A stretch of DNA of 64,000 nt from Nitrosopumilus sp. (lineage in GTDB: Archaea; Thermoproteota; Nitrososphaeria; Nitrososphaerales; Nitrosopumilaceae). The notes under the pieces were generated by a model. It saw nothing but the letters and a program-made list of their open reading frames with translations, made no database searches and was not told where the DNA came from. A program made the position numbers and the translations under genes. Of the stretch, positions 19,291 to 29,223 are shown in pieces (the first letter of the stretch is position 1; each line of letters opens with the position of its first letter). Location: NCBI GenBank assembly GCA_965218785.1, contig OZ244650.1:800001-864000 (forward strand), given 5' to 3'.

Positions 19291-19363
19291 TTGTCAGAAC
19301 GAATTGATTTCAATGATACAAGCTTGGTTGAATTTGAAAGGGTAAGATCACCTGCCGATTTAG
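19291..19363 (+). pseudogene. diverged 5' stub of a GNAT allele
   Basis: MSERIDFNDTSLVEFERVRSPADL versus MSEQIDFNDPNLIRFQRVKSPADL. Confidence 0.75.
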
Positions 19364-19545
19364 TTATAACATGGATCCCATTAATAAAACGCTTATTCTT
19401 TTTCTTTATTATCTACAGGAAAGAATTTCGCAATAATTGTCTCTGAATCTATCTTCATAACGTTTCCTTTTGTTGTACAAAAAGTAGATATCTAGGATTC
19501 AAAAGATCATAGTGGATTAATTTTGAATGATCTTCATTTTATTAA

Positions 19546-20238
19546 TTATTGAAATAATTCCGGCATTTTGATGTCTGATGGTATATTCTCCAGGATATCC
19601 AGTGGTTCGTTAAGCTCCATTGCACCGTACTCTATCATTTTTTCAGGCCATTTCAAGTTATTATTGTGAACTACCGACTTGCAAATAAACAGTGGTCTGC
19701 CTAGTCTGAGTGTCTCCAAGCCCTGATGTAGCGAACCGCTTGAATCACCGGCTTCCACAATTACAGTGGCATCAGAAATCAACGCCATGGTTTTGTTTCG
19801 CAACACAAAATCCTTTGGCGTAGTTGTATGACCTGTAGGATACTGGGAAATCACCAAATGATTTTTCATAATTTCTTCCTGCAATTCTGAATTTTCTTTG
19901 GGATAGACCCTGTTTAACGGAGTGCCAATAACTGCAATGGTTTTACCTTCATGTCTGATGGCAGTTTGGTGTCCTGCCGTATCAATTCCCTTTGCGAGTC
20001 CGCTTACAATGGTTACTTTGTTTTCAATCAAGCACTTTGAGATCTCTTTAGCTTCTGATAGTCCCTGTTCTGATGCTTTTCTAGAACCGATGATTGAGAC
20101 TCTTGGACAGGGTAAAGGAATCCTCATGGGACCTTTGCAGAAGATCCTCTTTGGAGCAAATTTTGATTCAACATCATTTAACAGACGACCGAGTAGTTTT
20201 TCTAATCGAATATCCTGATATCCTGCGTCTTTAACCAT
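19546..20238 (-). CDS. dprA: DprA/SMF-family DNA-processing protein
   Basis: VSIIGSR, IVSGLAKGIDTAGH, FVLRNKTMA, VIVEAGDSSGS. Confidence 0.9.
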   Translation of the reverse strand: MVKDAGYQDIRLEKLLGRLLNDVESKFAPKRIFCKGPMRIPLPCPRVSIIGSRKASEQGLSEAKEISKCLIENKVTIVSGLAKGIDTAGHQTAIRHEGKTIAVIGTPLNRVYPKENSELQEEIMKNHLVISQYPTGHTTTPKDFVLRNKTMALISDATVIVEAGDSSGSLHQGLETLRLGRPLFICKSVVHNNNLKWPEKMIEYGAMELNEPLDILENIPSDIKMPELFQ

Positions 20239-20275
20239 CTATTAGGAAACCATCATGTTTGTATTTTAATATTAG

Positions 20276-20640
20276 TGACACGCAAATATTTTTGAGATCA
20301 ATTTTATCAAACCAAAAACTACAAGGATCATTCCTGTTCTAAAATAACATGAGATCAATCATGCCGGAAGATTTCAGAAAAGCGTACAAAAAAGAAAAAG
20401 ATCCAAAAGTAAAGCCAAGAATGCTCAGTACACATGTTTTATGTACGTAACAAGGATGTGCAGGAAATAGCACAAGATCTACTGCAATGTCCTAACTGGG
20501 TCACCTAGTGAGTAGAACGCTTGGAAAATGAAGGTCTGGAAGGCTCCTGGATCTTCCCAAATATGAAAGACCTGTAAAAATTCCACACAAAAAAATGGAT
20601 CAGATAATGCCCAAAACATCCAGTGGACGCATTACGCCGG
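20276..20640 (+). mobile_element. degraded IS630-like transposase (N-terminal HTH) with terminal sequence shared with 33980-34020
   Basis: MPEDFRKAYKKEKDPKVKPRML...EIAQDLLQCPNWVT*..R.ENEGLEG..DLPK..RP; frameshifts and stops. Confidence 0.65.
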
Positions 20641-20731
20641 GATTCCACCATTATTTGCACATCCATTTGTAATTTTGTATTATGATACAGCAACATCATG
20701 TATTGTAAAAATTTCAGAAATAGTTAATTCT

Positions 20732-20821
20732 CTAAATTTCATCTAATGCATCAAAAATCACTCTTGACTCATTAATGCTTTTTCTAACTGCTTCTTGGAG
20801 CTCTTCTTTAGTCATTTTCAA
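20732..20821 (-). CDS. 29-aa micro-ORF, antitoxin-like amphipathic helix
   Basis: MKMTKEELQEAVRKSINESRVIFDALDEI; AT-rich TATA-like region upstream. Confidence 0.35.
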   Translation of the reverse strand: MKMTKEELQEAVRKSINESRVIFDALDEI

Positions 20822-21174
20822 TACCAATTTAACATTATAATATAATCTATTAAAGATAACGGTTGTCTGCTCTGGATAATTTGCGGGTGTTTTCACTGCA
20901 CTGTAATTGGGGTGTTTTCGAGAATTTTAGATACTTGTAGCGATCAAAAATTGCATATTAAGTCAATAATCCTGCTTTAAAAATATTCCAGCTATCTAAA
21001 AATGGAGATGTTAAACCTTGACCCACCAACCATTATTTTTTCCAGATAGGGTATTCCCAGTACCATCTGAATTTCGTTTTTTCTTCACATGTGGTTAATA
21101 GAATAAACGGTAGAATTTTTATTGAAATCTACTTTAATTTGGATGCTGATACGTAATTGGTTGCCTTGAAACAC

Positions 21175-21290
21175 GATTCTGGTGTAAAACAGTGGTCTGA
21201 TCACCCCAATACATCAGAACCGGTGGGACTGACTCTGGAGAAGATCATATTTCATACCTCATGTCTAGCACACGATAATTTCACAGTACC
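21175..21290 (+). repeat. hairpin B copy 5 (21175-21221) followed by element A copy 3 (21234-21290)
   Basis: GATTCTGGTGTAAAACAGTGGTCTGATCACCCCAATACATCAGAACC, 12 nt, then TCTGGAGAAGATCATATTTCAT...CATGTCTAGCACACGATAATTTCACAGTACC. Confidence 0.75.
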
Positions 21291-21333
21291 GATCATACCA
21301 AAAAATTATAAAGTCATTTTGTTATAATATAAC

Positions 21334-21456
21334 ATGATACCAAAAGAAAAACTACTATGGACTGCTAAAGATAGTGAGGATGCTAAAGCATTCGTAGAAG
21401 GTGTAGATAACGGTTCAATTCAAACCGAGGATTTCTTTAATTTAAAAAGGACATAA
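21334..21456 (+). CDS. 40-aa micro-ORF, antitoxin-like
   Basis: MIPKEKLLWTAKDSEDAKAFVEGVDNGSIQTEDFFNLKRT; TTATAAA box about 22-28 nt upstream. Confidence 0.4.
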   Translation: MIPKEKLLWTAKDSEDAKAFVEGVDNGSIQTEDFFNLKRT

Positions 21457-21556
21457 TATTCATTAGTAAATGCCTTGGATACCTTCAAGTCATTCTCCAA
21501 ATGTGGTTGATTTCAGTTTATGCATTTGGAATATGTCAGTCCAAGATAGATTACCA

Positions 21557-21688
21557 CTAAACTCTATCGAGTTCTTGCAATAGCTCCTTGAGGGTTTTTA
21601 TCTCTCCATCCTCACGGTTGCTTCTGAATTCTTTAATGTCCTTAATCTCTTCAGGTGTCAAATCATCAGACTGTTTTGTTTCAGTCAT
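21557..21688 (-). CDS. 43-aa antitoxin-like protein, paralog of 13386-13529
   Basis: MTETKQSDDLTPEEIKDIKEFRSNREDGEIKTLKELLQELDRV shares DDLTPEEIKDI.EF. Confidence 0.6.
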   Translation of the reverse strand: MTETKQSDDLTPEEIKDIKEFRSNREDGEIKTLKELLQELDRV

Positions 21689-22033
21689 ATTCTTTCTATT
21701 TTTTATATATTAAAAAAGACTATGAATCAAGATTATGCAAATTTGCAGACTCGATCAATCTTTTCCATATTTTGATGGTTATGATACCTGCTATCAATAT
21801 TAGATGATTCAGATTGGATGGTTCTACAAAACACTGTCTGAATCAATCCTCCAGTCTACAATACCCTCATTCTGACTTGGAAAAAACAGATCTGATGATA
21901 AACTGGAACACCACCACACACCATACAACTGCCAAATATGCGTAAAACCGTTCCACAGATGATATCATGCTGGGATAACTGACGGGATCCTGTCAAGAAA
22001 ACTTTAAACCTACTCAACAACACCAGTTTTTAA

Positions 22034-23128
22034 ATGGGAGGCAGAATTAAAGTCGGTTTAATAGGCATTGGTAACTGCTTTTCAGGGCTGATTCAAGGCA
22101 TAGAATACTATCGAAAAAACCCGTCGCAGCAGGTTATTGGAATTATTCATGAACAACTAGCCGGATATGGCATCCATGATGTTGATTTTGTATGCGGCTT
22201 TGATGTTGGTAAAAACAAGGTTGGCAAGCCACTCATGGATGCAATTTATGAATCCCCCAACATCGTTGACTGGATTCCCAAAAATGAAATGCCAAAGACT
22301 GCCGCCATGGTACATGAGAGTCCCATATTAGACGGGGTCGGACTGTGGGTTGAAAACAAAATCCTGCCAATTCAAAGTAACAAAACCATCGAGCAGATCA
22401 CCAAAGATGTAAAACAGATCATCCAAGATACAGGCGTCGAAGTTCTCGTATCGTACCTGCCTGTGGGTTCTGACAAGGTAACTGCATTCTGGGCTCAAAT
22501 CTGTCTTGATACCAAAACCGCATTTGTAAACTGTATTCCGTCATTTATCGCATCAGATGAGAAATGGGCTAAAAAATTCCAAGATGCAAACATTCCGTGT
22601 ATTGGCGATGACATAAAGGGCCAGGTTGGTGCCACCATAGTTCATAGGACTCTGGCAAAGTTATGTAACGACCGGGGGACCAAAATTGAAAAAACATACC
22701 AGATCAACGTTGGAGGCAACACTGATTTTCTAAACATGAAGGAGCAGGAACGGCTTGTTTCTAAAAGAATCTCCAAGACCGAAAGCGTTCAAAGCCAGCT
22801 TGATACCAGGCTAGATGATGATCAAATCTATGTCGGTCCGTCTGATTTCATCCCGTTTTTGGGCAATACCAAACTCATGTTTATGAGAATTGAAGGGCGT
22901 CAATGGGCAAACATCCCATACAACATGGAGGTTCGTCTGGACGTTGATGACAAGGCAAACTCTGCTGGTATCGTAATTGATGCAGTCAGGCTTGCAAAAA
23001 TCGCCCTTGATAGGGGGATTGGGGGGCCGATCAAGGCTGCCAGTGCATACCTGATGAAACACCCCATAGAACAAACCTCCGATGTTGCAGCAAAAATTGC
23101 ATGTGAAGAGTTTGTCGCAGACAAGTAA
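22034..23128 (+). CDS. ino1: myo-inositol-1-phosphate synthase
   Basis: GIGNC, SYLPVGS, GDDIKGQVGATIVHR, NVGGNTDFLNM, DDKANSAG. Confidence 0.93.
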   Translation: MGGRIKVGLIGIGNCFSGLIQGIEYYRKNPSQQVIGIIHEQLAGYGIHDVDFVCGFDVGKNKVGKPLMDAIYESPNIVDWIPKNEMPKTAAMVHESPILDGVGLWVENKILPIQSNKTIEQITKDVKQIIQDTGVEVLVSYLPVGSDKVTAFWAQICLDTKTAFVNCIPSFIASDEKWAKKFQDANIPCIGDDIKGQVGATIVHRTLAKLCNDRGTKIEKTYQINVGGNTDFLNMKEQERLVSKRISKTESVQSQLDTRLDDDQIYVGPSDFIPFLGNTKLMFMRIEGRQWANIPYNMEVRLDVDDKANSAGIVIDAVRLAKIALDRGIGGPIKAASAYLMKHPIEQTSDVAAKIACEEFVADK

Positions 23129-23581
23129 CCATCAAACACTGTTCTGAAAATCCTGTTTTTTCTGCCTTTTTCGTGAGCGGATTGTTTTGAGCGTTAACCG
23201 AGTCGTGGCTTTAGTAGTATCATCCATGCCTGTAATCATGCCTGTCAGACTAAATCCGCCTGATTTCGGTGTCCACATCTGAATACCTGCATACTGTCAT
23301 GACCCCCCATAATCAGACTGCCTCAAACCGTTTAGTACCCTGCCCTGCAACTCCTGACAGCAGTCTGAATCAAATCTGCTTTCCACTTTTGGCATGTCTT
23401 CCATCCCAAACAACACAAATTAGAAACATCAGCAGACTAGCCACTGCTGCCATAAATTCAAAACGCTTCTAACGCGACAGCCGCTACGAAAAATCTCATA
23501 GTAAAACAAGAAAAATTATGCAATTATGTCAACTAAACTTGTTAACCATCGATTATCCAATCAGATGTGATAAGATACCTA

Positions 23582-26500
23582 TTGGTTCACATTAAAAAAG
23601 TCGAGATCTTTGGTTTCAAGTCATTTGGATTTAAAAACACCACCGTCCAGTTCGAACCCGGACTTGTATCGATCTCCGGTCCGAACGGTTCAGGCAAAAG
23701 CAACATCCTAGATGCAATTATCTTTGCAATGGGTGAGAACAAACCCAAAGTGATGAGGGTGGACAAACTGCGATCACTAATCCATGATATCGAGGGTGCG
23801 CACCGCAGTACAAAAATGGCACGATCCAGCGTTCATTTTGACAACACAGACAGAAAGATCCCAATCGATTCTGATCTTGTTGAGGTGACAAGAGAGATGG
23901 ACACAAACGGGGAGAACACGTATTACCTAAACAAAAAAAAGACAAACCGCGGGCAGATCCTTGATCTGCTTGATATGGCAAATGCCGGTCTCGGACAGTT
24001 AAATGCAGTCCAACAGGGAACAGTCACCAGAATTTCAGAATTCACATCCGAAGAAAAAAGAAAGACGATCGAGGATTTAATCGGTCTCTCCTACTTTGAT
24101 GAAAAAAAGACAGAGGCAGTAAAACAGCTAGACGAGGCTGACAGGCGGCTGGAGATTGCCCTGGCAAAGATGGGTGAAATCAAAAAACGCATTGACGAGC
24201 TAGAGGAGGAGCGAAACCAGAAACTGCGCCATGGCCTGCTTGGGCGCGAACTTGGCAGGTACAAAGCAATAGCTGCTGCCGATAAGATGAAGGTGGTCTC
24301 AACCCAGAAGGAATCCCGGGAATCCACGCTACGCACGATCACTTCCCAGATAACGGTATTTAATGATGAACGCACTGCCTCAAGAACCGAGATATCCGGA
24401 CTGGAGGCTGAAAAATCAGCTCTGATGGGGGAGGCCAACGATTACAGCCAGGAAAAGGCATCCCTTGATGCTGAGATCAGCTCTGCAATGGAGCAGTATG
24501 AGACAGACAACAGTGCAATCTCTGTATCCCACAAGCGAATAAAACAGCTCGATAACAGAATTCCTGAAATAAAAACAGAGCTGGAGAAGATCACCGGCAT
24601 CAGAGAGGATATTGACAGTCAAATTATAGATATGAACCAGTCCATAACAGAGACAAACCTGAAAAAAACCAAGATTGATGATGACATGAGAGTCGTCGAT
24701 TCCCAGCGAAATAAAATCCTCACAGAGCAGTCCAAGATTGCGGCAGAAAAATCCGAAATTGATGATAAAATAAAACGTCTTCGTACACAGCTAAATGATT
24801 CAGAGCTAAAACTCTCAAAGGCCAATCATAAAAAAGAGCAGCACGAAATCAACATCCAGAGAAACTCTACAAAATTCTCAGAGCTGGAACAGGACGTCAC
24901 AAAACTCTCCGGGTACAAATCCCAGCTTGAATCAATGATGAAAAACCACAATGCGTCCATCATCGAGCTAAAATCCAGAATTGCAAAATTACAAAAAAGA
25001 AAGCTAAAGATTACCAGTGACATGGATGAGCTGGGGCTGGTACTGGATAAATCCAGCACGGCTGCAAACCAGTACGAATCCAAAATAAAGACCGTAAAGG
25101 GATTCATGCACGAGGATTACACCATTGCAAAGCTAAAGGGGGATGCAGACCAGCTCGGCATCGAGGGTCTGGTGTATGAGATGATCTCATGGGATAAGAA
25201 ATACGAGCGCTCCGTACTTGCTGCCAGCTCCGACTGGATAAAGGCAATCGTCGTAAAGGACTTTGCAACACTTCTCGGTCTTGCCCAGGTTGCCAAAAGC
25301 AAAAAACTCCCGAAATTAAAAATCATCCCACTTGATGCCATACCTGATTTCAAACTAAAAATACCAGACAAACCCGGGGTTTTGGGGGTGCTTGCAAACC
25401 ACGTACAATGTGATCCCGCATACACGGCACTTCGGACATTTCTCTTTGGTAACATCATACTTGCAGAGACCCGGGAATCGGCATACACCATCTCCAGATC
25501 CGGCTACAAGGCAGTAACCCTGGACGGCGAGTATTTTGAGGCACGGGGCGGGACTGTAGTCATTGACATCAACTCAAAGATCTCAAAACTCACAAAACTA
25601 ATCTCGATGAGCAGTGATATTGACGGGTTGTTCCAGTCAATCAACGTCATAAAAAAATACGTGTTAAAGAAAAAGCACTCTTTGAAAAAACTCGACGACT
25701 CTATCCAGTCATATACGGCACGCCTCTCAGTTTCAGAGAGCTCCCTTGCAAAGACAAACGAGAACTACTCCAATTTAAAATCACGAATCGACTCTGCGGT
25801 AAACACAAAGGCACAACTAACAGATAGAATCTCCAAACTAACCTCGAGAAACTCTGTCATTGATTCTGAGACTGCCACAAGCGGATCCCACGTTGAATCA
25901 CTGCATCAGCGCATTGCAATCGTGGATGAAAACTATGCCACAGGCAAACAGACCAGCATTGCAAACGAACTATCCCGAATCAACTCAAAAAAAGACGACG
26001 TTGAAAAGCTGTTCACTGCAATCATGATTGAATACCGTGACAGACACTCACAGCTAACGGCACTGCAGACGCAGGATAACAGGGAGAAATCCCAGTCTGA
26101 CAGGCTGCACCAGGAAGAGGATTCCCACAACTCAGAACGCCTGGAACTAGAGGCAAAAATTCAGAGACTCGGGGAGCAAAAAGAGTCAAAGAGCGCGGTT
26201 CTTGTGAAACTAAGGCAGACAGAGCAGGATCTTATCTCCACCTCAGGTTCCTCCATAGGACGGCTCAAGGAATACGATGACAAGCTCAAAACGTTATCAG
26301 AGCGGGACAAGTATCTGACAGGACAGATAAACACATTAGAGCGCCAGTCTGACTCTATGAACCGCGACCTTGCCGATTTAAAAGAGAGCATGGGCGCACT
26401 GCGACAGATTCTTGCCGCATCAGAATTTGATAAAAACATGGAGACCTTTGATGTTGCCCCAATCATTAGCGGGCTCTCATCAGAACTCGCCTCCCTTGAC

Positions 26501-27106
26501 GCGCTAAATGCAAAGGCACCTGAGATATACGCCGAGATCTCCTTTGGTTACCGTTCCATGTCGACTCGAAAGAACTCCCTTGAGGAAGAGAGAAATTCCA
26601 TTGTAAAATTCATCGAGGGCGTTGAAAAAGACAAGCGCCAGACATTCCTTGACGCATTTGACAGGGTGGATAAAGAGATCCGTCTGATATTCAACAAGAT
26701 GACTGGTGGAAACGCCTGGCTGGAACTGCAAAACGAGGATGACATCTTCAACTCCGGCATCTCATACCTGATCCAGTTCCCAAACAAGCCAAAAAGAGAG
26801 TCCACTGCAATCAGTGGCGGTGAAAAGACGCTTGCTGCAATCGTGTTTGTGCTTGCACTACAAAAACTAAAGCCGTCTCCTTTTTACCTGTTTGATGAGG
26901 TTGATGCGCACCTTGATGCACCCAACGCCAAAAGACTGGCAAATATTCTAGAAGAGAGATCCAAGGAGAGCCAGTTTATCATGGTATCCCTAAAGGACTC
27001 TGTAGTACAAAGGGCAAAGCTAATCTACGGTGTCTTTCCAAAAAACGGCGTATCGCACGTTGTAACATACAAGGACAAGCGGATGCCTTCTGTAAACGCA
27101 TCCTAG
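23582..27106 (+). CDS. smc: chromosome segregation protein SMC
   Basis: GFKSF, GPNGSGKSN, hinge, ISGGEK, LFDEVDAHLD; long coiled coils. Confidence 0.95.
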   Translation: MVHIKKVEIFGFKSFGFKNTTVQFEPGLVSISGPNGSGKSNILDAIIFAMGENKPKVMRVDKLRSLIHDIEGAHRSTKMARSSVHFDNTDRKIPIDSDLVEVTREMDTNGENTYYLNKKKTNRGQILDLLDMANAGLGQLNAVQQGTVTRISEFTSEEKRKTIEDLIGLSYFDEKKTEAVKQLDEADRRLEIALAKMGEIKKRIDELEEERNQKLRHGLLGRELGRYKAIAAADKMKVVSTQKESRESTLRTITSQITVFNDERTASRTEISGLEAEKSALMGEANDYSQEKASLDAEISSAMEQYETDNSAISVSHKRIKQLDNRIPEIKTELEKITGIREDIDSQIIDMNQSITETNLKKTKIDDDMRVVDSQRNKILTEQSKIAAEKSEIDDKIKRLRTQLNDSELKLSKANHKKEQHEINIQRNSTKFSELEQDVTKLSGYKSQLESMMKNHNASIIELKSRIAKLQKRKLKITSDMDELGLVLDKSSTAANQYESKIKTVKGFMHEDYTIAKLKGDADQLGIEGLVYEMISWDKKYERSVLAASSDWIKAIVVKDFATLLGLAQVAKSKKLPKLKIIPLDAIPDFKLKIPDKPGVLGVLANHVQCDPAYTALRTFLFGNIILAETRESAYTISRSGYKAVTLDGEYFEARGGTVVIDINSKISKLTKLISMSSDIDGLFQSINVIKKYVLKKKHSLKKLDDSIQSYTARLSVSESSLAKTNENYSNLKSRIDSAVNTKAQLTDRISKLTSRNSVIDSETATSGSHVESLHQRIAIVDENYATGKQTSIANELSRINSKKDDVEKLFTAIMIEYRDRHSQLTALQTQDNREKSQSDRLHQEEDSHNSERLELEAKIQRLGEQKESKSAVLVKLRQTEQDLISTSGSSIGRLKEYDDKLKTLSERDKYLTGQINTLERQSDSMNRDLADLKESMGALRQILAASEFDKNMETFDVAPIISGLSSELASLDALNAKAPEIYAEISFGYRSMSTRKNSLEEERNSIVKFIEGVEKDKRQTFLDAFDRVDKEIRLIFNKMTGGNAWLELQNEDDIFNSGISYLIQFPNKPKRESTAISGGEKTLAAIVFVLALQKLKPSPFYLFDEVDAHLDAPNAKRLANILEERSKESQFIMVSLKDSVVQRAKLIYGVFPKNGVSHVVTYKDKRMPSVNAS

Positions 27107-28080
27107 TCCGGATTTACATAACATGCACAATAGTGAGCATCGCCGATCCTCTCTAGGTCCGGCTCGTCCTTACATTTATCTATCACATATGGGCACCTGT
27201 TGCTGAACCTGCACCCCTGATACACGTCCGTATTACCTGCAGGTTCGTTTATCCTGATTATCTTCTCCCGGTGCAGGTTCTCCGGATCCGGCTCTGAGAT
27301 GGCATCAATTAACGCCTGGGTGTATGGGTGTCTGGGTTTTTGGAGGACTATATCCACCGGTCCCATCTCTACGATCTTTCCCAGGTATAATATTCCAATC
27401 CTCTGGCCAAAGTATCTGGCAGTTGCCAGATCATGGGTGATATACACAAATGTAATGCCGTACTTTTTTTGCAGTTCCTGTAGCAGCTCTAACATCTCTG
27501 CCCTGATTGATACATCCAGCATTGAGACTGGCTCATCAGCTAGAATGATTTTAGGTTTTAGTGCCAGCGCCCTTGCCAGAACCACCCTCTGTCTTTGTCC
27601 TCCTGATAACATGTGGGGGTACTTTGTCATCATATCTTTGGCAGGCTCCAGTCTTACCTCCTGCAGTACCTCCAGCACTCTGCGTTCTCTCTCCTCCCTG
27701 TCCCCTATATCGTGAATCTCAAGCGGCTCTGATACGATATCCTTTACCTTCATTCTCGGATTTATCGAGTCGTAGGGATCCTGGTGGATCATCTGGCAGT
27801 TCATTCTGATCTTTTTCATGCTCTCTGGCTCGTCAGTTATCTCCTGACCCTCAAAAAAGATTCTGCCTGAATCCGGCTTTATTGATTTTAGGATTAGCTT
27901 TGCCATGGTTGATTTTCCAGAACCTGACTCCCCTGCCAGGACAAATACCTCGCCTTTTCTTACCGAAAATGAGACGTCGTCTGCCGCCCTGACCGTATCT
28001 GATTTTGAGCCGGACAGCCATCCAGTTTTTTTGGTAAAATACTTTTTTAGATGCTCTACTCTGAGTATCTCGTCTTCCAT
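27103..28080 (-). CDS. oligopeptide/dipeptide ABC transporter ATP-binding subunit
   Basis: GESGSGKST, LSGGQRQR, DEPVSMLD, HPYTQAL, GCRFSNRCP. Confidence 0.92.
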   Translation of the reverse strand: MEDEILRVEHLKKYFTKKTGWLSGSKSDTVRAADDVSFSVRKGEVFVLAGESGSGKSTMAKLILKSIKPDSGRIFFEGQEITDEPESMKKIRMNCQMIHQDPYDSINPRMKVKDIVSEPLEIHDIGDREERERRVLEVLQEVRLEPAKDMMTKYPHMLSGGQRQRVVLARALALKPKIILADEPVSMLDVSIRAEMLELLQELQKKYGITFVYITHDLATARYFGQRIGILYLGKIVEMGPVDIVLQKPRHPYTQALIDAISEPDPENLHREKIIRINEPAGNTDVYQGCRFSNRCPYVIDKCKDEPDLERIGDAHYCACYVNPD

Positions 28081-28180
28081 GAGTATCCCCCAGCAAAGAA
28101 GTATATCAAGATGATAACCACTCATAAATTCGGGATAACGCATTTATGTTGAATGAATTTATTTTATAACTTGAGTAATA

Positions 28181-29223
28181 CCCTACAAAAAAATCCCGGC
28201 TATAAAAAATACGTGGCTGATTCCAGACTTCAATACTTTAAACCGCATGCCACCAAAATTGAAAAGACGTTTGCAGAAGAGATTGCCGCCAGTCTGAGCA
28301 ATGACTCCAAATTCATAAATCCAAAGTTCTTTTATGATAAAAAGGGCTCAAACCTGTTTGAAAAAATATGTGATTTACCAGAGTATTACCCCACTCGGAC
28401 TGAGATTGCCATCCTAAAGAGCATGCAAGACGGGCTGCTCTCCCCGTATCTTGCCGGAGATCAGTTCCGTCTAGTTGAACTCGGATCCGGTGCGTCAGTA
28501 AAAACCCGGCTGATTCTTGATGTTCTTATGACGCTGCAAAAACAGACAGAGTACGTACCAATCGACATCTCTGAAATTCTCGCCGAAAGCTCAGAGCAGC
28601 TATTATCGGATTATACACGCCTGCACATCACGGGTATCATCGATACGTATGACGGCGGTCTGGAGTTTCTCAAAAACTATGATGATAAAAAAAACCTGAT
28701 ACTGTTTCTGGGATCCAGTTTTGGCAATTTCTCACCGGGGGATGGCCGTGAATTCCTGCGGAGAATCAACTCGACTATGAAACAGGGTGACCTCTTTTTG
28801 ATAGGACTAGACCTGGTAAAAGATGTGCAGACCCTGGAATCCGCATATGATGATATGCAGGGGATTACTGCCGAGTTTAACCTCAACGTCTTATCCCGGA
28901 TTAATGACGAGCTTGATGCCGACTTTGATTTGGGGAATTTTGAGCATCATGCCATATATGATAAAGAGCATCAAAGAGTGGAGATGTATCTGAGATCAGT
29001 TGTGACACAGTCAGTCGTGATATCAAAATCCAATCTGTTGTTACATCTGGCAAAAAACGAGTTGATCCACACGGAGCACTCGCAAAAGTTTGTGCTATCT
29101 CACATTCGTGAGATGCTCCACGATGCGGGATTTGAGATAAAACACATCTGGCTTGATGAAAAAAAGTATTTTTCACTGACTCTGGCATCAAAACTAGATG
29201 TTACTGGCACATCTGAATCCTGA
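28181..29223 (+). CDS. egtD: L-histidine N-alpha-methyltransferase
   Basis: PKFFYDKKGSNLFEKICDLPEYYPTRTE, ELGSG, FLGSSFGN, AYDD.QGITAEFN, IHTEHSQK. Confidence 0.92.

Noticed and set aside
16059-21290. CRISPR array interpretation of the hairpin repeats
   Set aside because: Spacing is hundreds to thousands of bp with genes in between, apart from one adjacent partial copy; no cas genes in the window
23140-23560. Possible ncRNA or ORF between ino1 and smc
   Set aside because: No convincing structure or motif found by eye
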